Of a stretch of 19,323 nucleotides of DNA, positions 8,333-15,974 are shown piece by piece. Source of the stretch: Candidatus Hydrogenedentota bacterium (lineage in GTDB: Bacteria > Hydrogenedentota > Hydrogenedentia > Hydrogenedentales > GCA-2746185); assembly GCA_046583315.1 (NCBI GenBank), contig JAYGCN010000351.1, positions 1 through 19,323 of the forward strand. The letters are read 5' to 3'. The notes below the pieces were generated by a model. It saw only the letters and a list, made by a program, of their open reading frames with translations. It ran no database searches and was not told the DNA's origin. Numbering within the stretch: the stretch's first letter is position 1; each line of letters begins with the position of its first letter. The translations under genes were made by a program, and so were the position numbers.

Positions 8333-9064
8333 CTAAAGGCTCATCATTGCCTTTTGTCGAGCTAAAAACGATTCAACGAAGGGCGTTGCCGGTTCATGAA
8401 GAATCTCATGCGGAGTCCCAATCTGATGGCAAACACCATCCTTCATAATCGCGATACGGTTCGCCAGCGTCAACGCCTCTTCCTGATCATGCGTCACATA
8501 AATCGCCGTGATATTCAGGCGCTTTTGCAACTCCGCCAGCTGTTCCCGTGTAGAATGTCGAAGCTCCGCGTCCAGATTGCTCAACGGTTCGTCCAGCAGC
8601 AGAATTTGAGGATGCACCGCAATCGCCCGCGCCAACGCAACACGCTGCTGTTGACCACCACTCAACTCCGTGACGCGACGACTATCAAGATTCTCAAGCC
8701 GCACCATATCCAGCGACTCAGCTACCCGAGGCGCGATCAAGGCCTTTTCCATCTTTTGCGCCCTCAATCCGAAGGCAACATTCTCGAACACCGTCATGTG
8801 CGGAAACAAGGCGTAATTCTGAAACACCATCGCCGCATTACGTTTCTCAGGAGGCAACGATGTTACGTCCGTCTCACCAAAATGAATCGTGCCCTCATCC
8901 GGCGTTTCAAGACCCGCGATGACCCGCAACGTCGTCGTCTTGCCACAACCGCTGTGCCCCAGGAAAGCAAAAAATTCCCCATCCGCAATGTTCACGGAAA
9001 AATCCCGTACACCGCCGCCTTCCGGGTAAAGTTTCGTGATATGGTCCAGCATAACCCCACTCAT
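8333..9064 (-). CDS. ABC transporter ATP-binding protein (FbpC/PotA-like), no C-terminal TOBE domain
   Basis: Walker A GHSGCGKT, Q-loop VFQNYALFPH, LSGGQQQR, LLLDEP and VTHDQ. Start moved to ATG 9064, which overlaps the upstream TGA (ATGA coupling), giving 243 aa. Confidence 0.92.
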   Translation of the reverse strand: MSGVMLDHITKLYPEGGGVRDFSVNIADGEFFAFLGHSGCGKTTTLRVIAGLETPDEGTIHFGETDVTSLPPEKRNAAMVFQNYALFPHMTVFENVAFGLRAQKMEKALIAPRVAESLDMVRLENLDSRRVTELSGGQQQRVALARAIAVHPQILLLDEPLSNLDAELRHSTREQLAELQKRLNITAIYVTHDQEEALTLANRIAIMKDGVCHQIGTPHEILHEPATPFVESFLARQKAMMSL

Positions 9065-10050
9065 TTGGCGTCGTAGACCTCTTTTTTCCATCGATCACAC
9101 CAGGCCTGTTCATTCTCCACGAAGACATCCCAATCGATCTCCATCGCATCAACCTCTTGCTCAGTCATCCACTCGGGTAGAAGTGACTGATCGAGATCCG
9201 ATCGCGTCGGAATCTTCGCATATTCATTCGCCTGATGGGCCAGCGCCTCCTGAGTCGTCACAAATTCATAGAACAGTTCAGCGTTTGTCCGATGCGGAGC
9301 ATTCGCCACAATCGCAATCCCTTCTGTCAATACCGGTGCCTGCTCGGGTAAATAATAATCGAAGGGATAGCCGTTGCGTTCCCGCTGCAACACGGCATCC
9401 GGCATTATCCAAACCGTGATCAGTCCCTCGTTGCGCTTCAAATGATCAAACATAAGCTGGGGAGACTCCATGTACGACTTTGTCGAGTCGTGAAGACGTC
9501 CCAGCCATTCAATACCCGCGTCCGCGCTACCCTCACGCAGAATCGTGGAACAGATGAACGTGCGCATCGTGCCCGAAGCCAAAGGCGAACGTATCGTGAT
9601 TTTGCCATTCCATTTATCCCCGAGCAATTCATCCCATGTATGCGGAACGGTTTCGCGTGTGTATTTGCGATTGTTAAACATGATCGCAAGCGGCGTATCG
9701 TAGGTTCCGTACCATCGTGAACCCGGATCTTTGAAACCCTCAGCCACGCCGTCCGCCCAGGTCGGCGTATACTCCGCGAGAAGACGCTGCTCCGCCGCCT
9801 TCATGAACATCGTCGAGGGAGCTCCCCACCAAACGTCACATGCCGGTCGATTTTTCTCCGCGCTGATACGGTTGTAGACATCTTGCGAACTCATATCCAG
9901 CCATTGCAGATCGATATTCGGATGGGCCGCTTCGAACAATCGCTCGTAATCCTTGCCAACATCCGGCCCATGCGGACTATAGACAACCACGACATCGCGC
10001 GACGAACACGCAGCGAGGCCAAGTAGCAGTAGAATGCTCAGGTACTTCAT
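9061..10050 (-). CDS. ABC transporter extracellular solute-binding lipoprotein (FbpA/AfuA-like)
   Basis: MKYLSILLLLGLAAC lipobox with a GGAG RBS 6 nt before ATG 10050. Motifs VVVYSPH, AEKNRPACDVWWG, P.TWDEL and P.ASGT. Confidence 0.88.
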   Translation of the reverse strand: MKYLSILLLLGLAACSSRDVVVVYSPHGPDVGKDYERLFEAAHPNIDLQWLDMSSQDVYNRISAEKNRPACDVWWGAPSTMFMKAAEQRLLAEYTPTWADGVAEGFKDPGSRWYGTYDTPLAIMFNNRKYTRETVPHTWDELLGDKWNGKITIRSPLASGTMRTFICSTILREGSADAGIEWLGRLHDSTKSYMESPQLMFDHLKRNEGLITVWIMPDAVLQRERNGYPFDYYLPEQAPVLTEGIAIVANAPHRTNAELFYEFVTTQEALAHQANEYAKIPTRSDLDQSLLPEWMTEQEVDAMEIDWDVFVENEQAWCDRWKKEVYDAK

Positions 10051-10071
10051 ATACAACTCCATGAACTTCGA

Positions 10072-10173
10072 TTAACCAATAATTTTCATCACGACAACGA
10101 TGATGACGATAGGGGCCAACGCAAACAGCCACATTTTGTATTCAACCGCAACCGCAATGATATCAGCAAGCAT
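10072..10173 (-). CDS. Small 33-aa putative single-pass membrane protein
   Basis: MLADIIAVAVEYKMWLFALAPIVIIVVVMKIIG* with a GAGGA RBS 7 nt upstream. It fills the gap between plsY and the ABC binding protein on the same strand and is below the ORF-track cutoff. Confidence 0.65.
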   Translation of the reverse strand: MLADIIAVAVEYKMWLFALAPIVIIVVVMKIIG

Positions 10174-10260
10174 GATCAGTTCCTCTATGTTCCGTATCAA
10201 CAACGACTACTCTACATCGATTCCCCGGTGAGAGACAAATTTGCCCTTTACGTTGGTGTT

Positions 10261-10842
10261 TTACAGCTTGGGTTCACTACCCGCCGCAATTCGTTTAATA
10301 TTGTCCCGATGTCGCACCACAATAATCGCCGCCACCAACGTCCCGATGCCACGAATGGCCACATTGTGCGGAAGCGACCACAACGCAATAGCCAGCGCAA
10401 TAGCCGCCAGCATCGATGCTAGGCTGACCATCCGCCCAACTGCAAGCGTAACACCAAAAGTCGCCAATGCCATAGCCATCGGGATAGGGGTAAGGCCAAA
10501 GAATACACCCGCACTCGTAGCCACGCCTTTACCACCGCGAAACTTCAGGAAAATCGAAAATGTATGCCCCAGAATCGCGGCGAGTCCACAAAGGAGCGGT
10601 AGATAGGCCAAATCATCTACATGCGACGCAATTAACACTGGTGCGGCCCCCTTGGCCATATCACCAAGCAGCGCCACCGCACCCAGACCTTTCCCCAGCA
10701 CACGCAACGTATTCGTTGCGCCGATGTTTTTGCTGCCATGCTCGCGTATGTCCGTTTTGCGTAGCCATAACCCGAGCCAAAGCCCCGTCGGAATCGAACC
10801 CAGCAGATACGACAATGCTATAGCCAAGAGAATCGTCGTCAC
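10261..10842 (-). CDS. plsY: Glycerol-3-phosphate acyltransferase PlsY
   Basis: YLLGSIPTG, DIREHGSKNIGATN.LR, DMAKG, GH.FSIFLKFRGGKGVATSAG and RHRDNIKRI..G.E. The GTG start overlaps the der TGA. Confidence 0.96.
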   Translation of the reverse strand: MTTILLAIALSYLLGSIPTGLWLGLWLRKTDIREHGSKNIGATNTLRVLGKGLGAVALLGDMAKGAAPVLIASHVDDLAYLPLLCGLAAILGHTFSIFLKFRGGKGVATSAGVFFGLTPIPMAMALATFGVTLAVGRMVSLASMLAAIALAIALWSLPHNVAIRGIGTLVAAIIVVRHRDNIKRIAAGSEPKL

Positions 10843-12188
10843 CTGGATTTCTCCGGTGTTTCCTCGCGCAGCTCCAGATGAATTGGAATGCCCTCGAACT
10901 CGTACTCATCCCGAAGTCGATTTTCCACATAACGTAGATAACTGAAATGAAAAAGACGTTTCTGGTTCACGAACAACACGAACGTAGTCGGTTTCGTGCT
11001 CGCCTGCGTCATGTAAAGAATTTTTGCATACTTACCATTCTGGCTCGGCGGCTTATGCTTGTCCCGAATGTCTTTCAAAAACCGATTCAACACATTCGTC
11101 GAAATACGTTTCTCCGAAGCGATCGCGATCCGGTCGATCACGTCAAACGATTTCAACAATCGCTGGCGCGTCACGTTCGAAACGGTAATGTGGGGAATAT
11201 ACTTGAGATGTGGCATTTTGAAATCCAGTTCATCCTGTAATTCCTGAAACCGCTCCTCCTTGTCCTCAATCAGATCCCACTTCGTATACACCAGCGCCAT
11301 ACCCGTGCCCTGTTCATACACATACCCCAGAATCCGCTTGTCCTGCTCCGAGATCCCTTCCGTGGCATCCACCATCACCAGGCACACATCCGCACGCCGT
11401 ATCGCGCGCAACGATCGCGCCACGCTGAAATGTTCCACAAAGGCCTTGATGCCCGCCTTCTTGCGCATGCCCGCCGTATCAATCAATAAATAGTCCGCGC
11501 CTTCCCATTGAAAATCAATATCGATGGCATCACGCGTCGTGCCCGCAACGCTGTCCACGATCGCTCGTTCCTCACCCAGCAGCGCATTCACAAACGACGA
11601 CTTTCCAACATTCGGCTTGCCAATAATGGCCACTTTCGTGCGTCCATCGTCTTCCGGCTCCTCTTCCATATCCTCCATCTTAGGCAAATGTTCCGCGATC
11701 GCTTCCATCAGTTCAGTGATGCCCAGTCCGTGTCCCGACGATACCGCCAAAGGTTCGCCCATGCCCAATTCATGAAAATTGTGGCGGAATATCTCCATAT
11801 CAGGATTGTCCAACTTGTTCGTCACCAACACAACCGGTTTACCAAACTTGAACAAGTCATCGCGCAGTTCATAATCCACCCGCGTCAACTCCGCCTGACC
11901 ATCTACTACAAAAACGATTACCATCGCATCTTCAAGCGCAATTCGCACCTGATCCTGCATCTTCTGAACGACGGCATCTTCGGGATGCTCTACGATCCCA
12001 CCCGTGTCCACCAGTTCAAAGGCGTAATCCTCCCAGCGAACCTTGGCCGAGTAACGATCCCGCGTAATGCCTTCCTTATCATGGATGATCGCGCGTTGCT
12101 TGCCCGTGATCCGGTTGTGCAAAGTCGATTTGCCCACGTTCGGGCGACCACATATCGCCACCACCGGAAGTTTTTTTCGTTTACTCAT
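10839..12188 (-). CDS. der: Ribosome biogenesis GTPase Der (EngA)
   Basis: Two tandem G domains (GRPNVGKST/DTGG/NKLD and GKPNVGKSS/DTAG/TKWD) and a KH-like C-terminus (YLRYVENRLR..YEFEGIPI). Confidence 0.97.
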   Translation of the reverse strand: MSKRKKLPVVAICGRPNVGKSTLHNRITGKQRAIIHDKEGITRDRYSAKVRWEDYAFELVDTGGIVEHPEDAVVQKMQDQVRIALEDAMVIVFVVDGQAELTRVDYELRDDLFKFGKPVVLVTNKLDNPDMEIFRHNFHELGMGEPLAVSSGHGLGITELMEAIAEHLPKMEDMEEEPEDDGRTKVAIIGKPNVGKSSFVNALLGEERAIVDSVAGTTRDAIDIDFQWEGADYLLIDTAGMRKKAGIKAFVEHFSVARSLRAIRRADVCLVMVDATEGISEQDKRILGYVYEQGTGMALVYTKWDLIEDKEERFQELQDELDFKMPHLKYIPHITVSNVTRQRLLKSFDVIDRIAIASEKRISTNVLNRFLKDIRDKHKPPSQNGKYAKILYMTQASTKPTTFVLFVNQKRLFHFSYLRYVENRLRDEYEFEGIPIHLELREETPEKSR

Positions 12189-12228
12189 TACAACTCAATT
12201 CCTGAACCTGTTAAAACCCTTGGTTGCT

Positions 12229-12807
12229 CTACCGCTCTTCCTTTGGCTTGATGAACGGGTCATCCACAACACGCTCGTGCCCGAAAAACGCATAATCCAG
12301 CCACGATGCACAAGCAATCGCCATCACCGTCATAAGCAGACCGTGCGCAAAACTCACTTCGAGCAGCACACCCATGATTCCTATGCTAAAGGCCCACGTC
12401 GTCACTTTTCCAAGCACACGCGGAATGGGCCGAATCGGACCCCTGAACCAGTCAATCACCAAAGACGTGACCAGTATACACACATCGCGTAACATGATGA
12501 GCACCGGCACCCAACGCGGCACCGTGTACGCCAATTCATGATTGACCGCCAGAAAAATGTACGTGGCGTTGACCATCACCTTGTCCGCACCCGGGTCCAA
12601 AATCTGGCCAAGCTTGGTGCGTTGATTGTAATGCCGCGCGACATAACCATCCAGCCAGTCCGACAACGCCATGCCTACAAACAACGCGATCGCCGTATAG
12701 CGAATCCACTGATGCTCCTCGCGATACGACACCAGCAATCCAATGAACACCGGTATAAAAGCAATTCTCGAGACCGTTATCCAATTAGCAAGATTCACAA
12801 GATTCAC
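12229..12807 (-). CDS. pgsA: CDP-alcohol phosphatidyltransferase (PgsA-like)
   Basis: N.ANWITVSRI and the signature DWLDGYVAR..NQRTKLGQILDPGADK. The start is probably GTG 12807 or 12798, because the TTG at 12852 lies inside the predicted promoter. Confidence 0.85.
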   Translation of the reverse strand: MNLVNLANWITVSRIAFIPVFIGLLVSYREEHQWIRYTAIALFVGMALSDWLDGYVARHYNQRTKLGQILDPGADKVMVNATYIFLAVNHELAYTVPRWVPVLIMLRDVCILVTSLVIDWFRGPIRPIPRVLGKVTTWAFSIGIMGVLLEVSFAHGLLMTVMAIACASWLDYAFFGHERVVDDPFIKPKEER

Positions 12808-12836
12808 CGAGACAGGGGGAAGGCGACAATGTGGTA

Positions 12837-12866
12837 AGTATAACGCTTCCAAGGGTATAGCGTCAA
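12837..12866 (-). promoter_or_regulatory. Candidate promoter for pgsA-der-plsY
   Basis: Minus strand TTGACG-N18-TATACT. Confidence 0.55.
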
Positions 12867-12908
12867 CGTGTTGCGCTATCGGGCGACCGCGCCAAGACCG
12901 GAAAGCTC

Positions 12909-12938
12909 TTGAATGACCCGCCGTCCCTCACGTACACT
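12909..12938 (+). promoter_or_regulatory. Candidate promoter for the SDR gene
   Basis: TTGAAT-N18-TACACT upstream of the GGAGG RBS. Confidence 0.4.
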
Positions 12939-13013
12939 CCCCGTTCATCTATTAACGATTGAGGGGTTAAGTTATCCGCCCGGAATCGAAATCACTACAG
13001 GAGGATTTTTATC

Positions 13014-13781
13014 ATGGCCCTAGACGGCAAAACCTTTATCATCACCGGCGGCGGATCAGGCCTCGGCGCGGCGACCGCTCGCATGTTCGCCGAAGCCGGA
13101 GCCAATGTCATCGTATCCGACATGAACGCTGAAGGCGCAGCCAGCGTCGCGGCTGAAATAGGCGACAAAGCCCGCTCCATCGAGTGCAACGTGACCGACG
13201 AAGCGCAGGTTCAGGCTGCAATCGATCTCGCCATTGAAGCATTTGGCGGACTCAACGGCGCGGTCAACTGTGCCGGTGTTGGCGGTGCTGTCCGCACCAC
13301 AAGCAAAAATGGCCCATACCCCCTCGACATGTTCAAGTTCATCGTTGAAGTAAATCTTATAGGTACCTTCAACGTCATTCGCCTGTGTGCAACGAAAATG
13401 GCTGAGCTTGAGCCGGATGCAACCGGCGAACGCGGCGTCTTTATCAATACCGCATCTGTTGCAGCCTTCGACGGTCAGATCGGACAGGCCGCCTACGCTG
13501 CATCCAAAAGCGGCATCGTGGGCCTGACACTACCCGTTGCACGTGACCTCGCCCGACTCGGAATGCGCAACGTCACCATCGCTCCGGGACTCTTCAACAC
13601 CCCCATGCTTGCGAAGTTGCCCGAAGAAGCCAGGCAGTCCCTCGGTGCGCAAGTTCCTTTCCCCTCACGTCTTGGTGAACCCGAAGAATACGCGATGCTT
13701 GCGCTTCAGATCGCCGAGAATCCCATGCTCAACGGGGAGACCATTCGTCTCGACGGTGCCATCCGTATGGCCCCCAAGTAG
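13014..13781 (+). CDS. SDR-family 3-hydroxyacyl-CoA dehydrogenase (HSD17B10/type II HADH-like)
   Basis: [61 protein letters not shown] and [13 protein letters not shown]. Strong GGAGG RBS. Confidence 0.93.
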   Translation: MALDGKTFIITGGGSGLGAATARMFAEAGANVIVSDMNAEGAASVAAEIGDKARSIECNVTDEAQVQAAIDLAIEAFGGLNGAVNCAGVGGAVRTTSKNGPYPLDMFKFIVEVNLIGTFNVIRLCATKMAELEPDATGERGVFINTASVAAFDGQIGQAAYAASKSGIVGLTLPVARDLARLGMRNVTIAPGLFNTPMLAKLPEEARQSLGAQVPFPSRLGEPEEYAMLALQIAENPMLNGETIRLDGAIRMAPK

Positions 13782-13807
13782 ACGTTCAAGTTCAGAACGT
13801 AATTCGT

Positions 13808-13841
13808 ACAGGCGGTTCCGTGATCGGGGCCGCCTGTTTTT
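13808..13841 (+). terminator. Rho-independent terminator between the convergent SDR genes
   Basis: ACAGGCGGTTCCG-tgat-CGGGGCCGCCTGT followed by TTTT. Confidence 0.8.
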
Positions 13842-13844
13842 CGT

Positions 13845-15215
13845 TTAGTAGCCCACCATCCGGTCGCGCTCCTGCTCGATGATCATCGCCAGCTTCATCG
13901 GCACTTCAAAGCGCAGTTCGATAGAATCCTTCGCGTCCAGCGCCACATGCAGGCGCAACGTTAACTTGCGCCCCTCGAATATCGTATTAATCTCCCACGA
14001 CTTATACTCTTTCGAGTCCATATCAGCGATTCCAGTAAACAAATCCGGCATCGCACGATCCAGGCCATTAGCATACTTCGTGATGCGGTCCAGAAATGGC
14101 TTCAAGTCCTCAAACTCAAGCGCAACCTTCGACTCCACATGATTCTTCCAGCCATTCCCCGAGAAAAGCGCTTCTTCTTCGACTTCCTCCGTCGATTCTT
14201 CAGGCTCCGGTTCAGGCTCCGGATCGACCTGCGGTTCAGGTGCGGATTCCGGTTCTTCGACCGGGACATCTTCCGCAGTACTCTCAGGTTCAGGCACATC
14301 CGTTGCAGGCCGCGGACTTTCCGTCTGCGCCTCGGTCGATACAACCGGTTCTTCAGTCTCAACAGCCTCAGCGCTCTCTACCGGAGCAACCTCTTCCAGA
14401 ACCTTCTGCGCGGAACGAACCTTCCACCGGCAATACGCGTCCCAGAGAAACGGCGTGAAGCGCATGATGCGTAGCAACAACTTCGTCGACGAACCCGCTG
14501 CGATCACTTTACGATTGTTCGCAATGCCCTGCACGAATATTTTGGCAACACGTTCGGGATAAAGTAATTGACCACCATCCAGGACCGCTTTCGTTTCCTT
14601 CGGGTACATCGGAACTTCGAGTTTGTATCCCGGCGTGTCCGTATCAGGCGGCAACAACAGGTGTACACGGATATTCTTGTTCTCGTATTCCGAACGCAAA
14701 ACATACGACAAATTATTTAGTGCCGCTTTCGTAGGCCCGTATATTCCGAAGCCAAAGATCCCCGCATTCCCCGCAGGCGACGAAGTAATCGCAATAAATC
14801 CATTTTTGTTTTCCAGGAGATGGGGGATGCTCAGTCGCAACGTATACAAAACACCCTTGAGATTCACATCGATTTGGCGATCAATATCCGAGAAGTCCAA
14901 CTCATGGAAATTCCCCGGATGGCAATAGCCCGAGTTCGCAATGATTCCGTCGATACTGCCGAATTCATAACGAACCATGTTGATGTAATCCCGCAACGTA
15001 TCCGCGTCCGTCACGTCACACGCATAGGCCAAACACCGAGTACCCGGGCCCGCCTCCTCAATCAAACGCCGCGCCTCATCCAGAACAACCTTGTCCCGAG
15101 CAATAATAGCCACATTCGCCTTGAGACGAGCGAATTCCTTGGCCATTTCCAGACCGATCCCCTTGGAACCCCCGGTAATGAGTATATTTTTATCTTTGAA
15201 TGGATTCAGAATCAT
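13845..15215 (-). CDS. SDR oxidoreductase of the 3-ketodihydrosphingosine reductase (KDSR)-like subgroup, with an acidic Pro/Glu linker and an unknown C-terminal domain
   Basis: TGGSKGIG, YGPTK catalytic YxxxK and the PPDTDTPG motif characteristic of KDSR/Tsc10-like SDRs. Residues about 275-350 are E/P-rich, followed by about 105 aa of globular-looking sequence. Confidence 0.82.
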   Translation of the reverse strand: MILNPFKDKNILITGGSKGIGLEMAKEFARLKANVAIIARDKVVLDEARRLIEEAGPGTRCLAYACDVTDADTLRDYINMVRYEFGSIDGIIANSGYCHPGNFHELDFSDIDRQIDVNLKGVLYTLRLSIPHLLENKNGFIAITSSPAGNAGIFGFGIYGPTKAALNNLSYVLRSEYENKNIRVHLLLPPDTDTPGYKLEVPMYPKETKAVLDGGQLLYPERVAKIFVQGIANNRKVIAAGSSTKLLLRIMRFTPFLWDAYCRWKVRSAQKVLEEVAPVESAEAVETEEPVVSTEAQTESPRPATDVPEPESTAEDVPVEEPESAPEPQVDPEPEPEPEESTEEVEEEALFSGNGWKNHVESKVALEFEDLKPFLDRITKYANGLDRAMPDLFTGIADMDSKEYKSWEINTIFEGRKLTLRLHVALDAKDSIELRFEVPMKLAMIIEQERDRMVGY

Positions 15216-15317
15216 CTGCAGCCAGATCCCCTTACCCGCATGATATAAGAATCAGGGAAATGAAGTCCATTCGGACAGTAGCGAGTAAGCGCAGAGCATC
15301 GCATCAGTTCTTCTTTG

Positions 15318-15341
15318 CTTCTTTCCTCAAGAAGAAAGAAG
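15318..15341. repeat. Intergenic hairpin (REP-like element or weak terminator)
   Basis: CTTCTTTC-ctcaagaa-GAAAGAAG inverted repeat with no downstream U-tract on either strand. Confidence 0.35.
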
Positions 15342-15346
15342 GGCGG

Positions 15347-15586
15347 TTAGGAAAGTCCCTCTTGAGCAGCGTCATTTAAGCGCTTCTGATTAAACATCAG
15401 CCGAATCCACGACCCATCCTCATTTCGCCATTCATACAAGTCCGTCACCACAGACATTACCTGGATTCCCGGCTCAATCTGCGCGTTTTCCGAAGACAGC
15501 AACTCCCCGCCACCCCCCAGCACCACACACACCTCCTCATACTCCATATCCTTTTCCAACGCCTCAAACTGCGCCAAACTAATCAT
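15347..15586 (-). CDS. Small hypothetical protein, DUF3862/BLIP-like
   Basis: A GGAGG RBS before ATG 15586 gives 79 aa: MISLAQFEALEKDMEYEEVCVVLGGGGELLS...LYEWRNEDGSWIRLMFNQKRLNDAAQEGL, matching the ITxxxFxxIxxGMxYEEVxxILG...YxW...F pattern. Confidence 0.7.
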   Translation of the reverse strand: MISLAQFEALEKDMEYEEVCVVLGGGGELLSSENAQIEPGIQVMSVVTDLYEWRNEDGSWIRLMFNQKRLNDAAQEGLS

Positions 15587-15704
15587 AGAAACCTCCAACA
15601 CGGCTAATCCAACCACATCGTCCAGCACCACTATACACCAACAATCCCCCCAACGAAGCGCAAGTTCCCCACCAAAAGACCGCACCACCGTTGCAAAGGG
15701 CGAA

Positions 15705-15738
15705 TTGGCCACAGATGAACGCCGATAAACGCAGATAA
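15705..15738 (+). repeat. Left arm: three 10-nt units (ACAGATGAAC/GCCGATAAAC/GCAGATAA)
   Basis: TTGGCC-ACAGATGAAC-GCCGATAAAC-GCAGATAA resembles the CCACAGATGAACACAGAT-type intergenic repeats I recall beside GxxExxY-type genes. Confidence 0.6.
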
Positions 15739-15974
15739 GGCATGGAGGAAACAATGGGGTCGCGATTGTAAGGTTACTATTGATAGCGAGTTACGAAAGT
15801 TAATTATTGACAAAAATCGGGTGCGGTCTATCGCGAACTAGATTGGAGCAACGATTTTCCGTATTATGACAGGATGTAAAAGGGTGTCGTGCGGGAGGAG
15901 TAAGTGGCGAACGTATCGCATATTATTCTCTTCGGCCTTCAAATAATGAGCTTTCAATTTAGGGTAATCACTGA

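Noticed and set aside
12790..12807. 9-bp tandem duplication GTGAATCTT x2 at the pgsA start
   Set aside because: It is in frame and only makes the start codon ambiguous. Two copies are not evidence of phase variation.
15705..15740. Short repeats as a CRISPR array
   Set aside because: The units are 10 nt, tandem and without spacers, and no cas genes are present.
15587..15754. N-terminal extensions in the ORF track (15754 start; likewise 16903, 9091, 10062, 12852, 19284)
   Set aside because: Better starts with RBS, signal peptides or stop-start coupling lie downstream, and the extensions run through repeats or promoter-like DNA.
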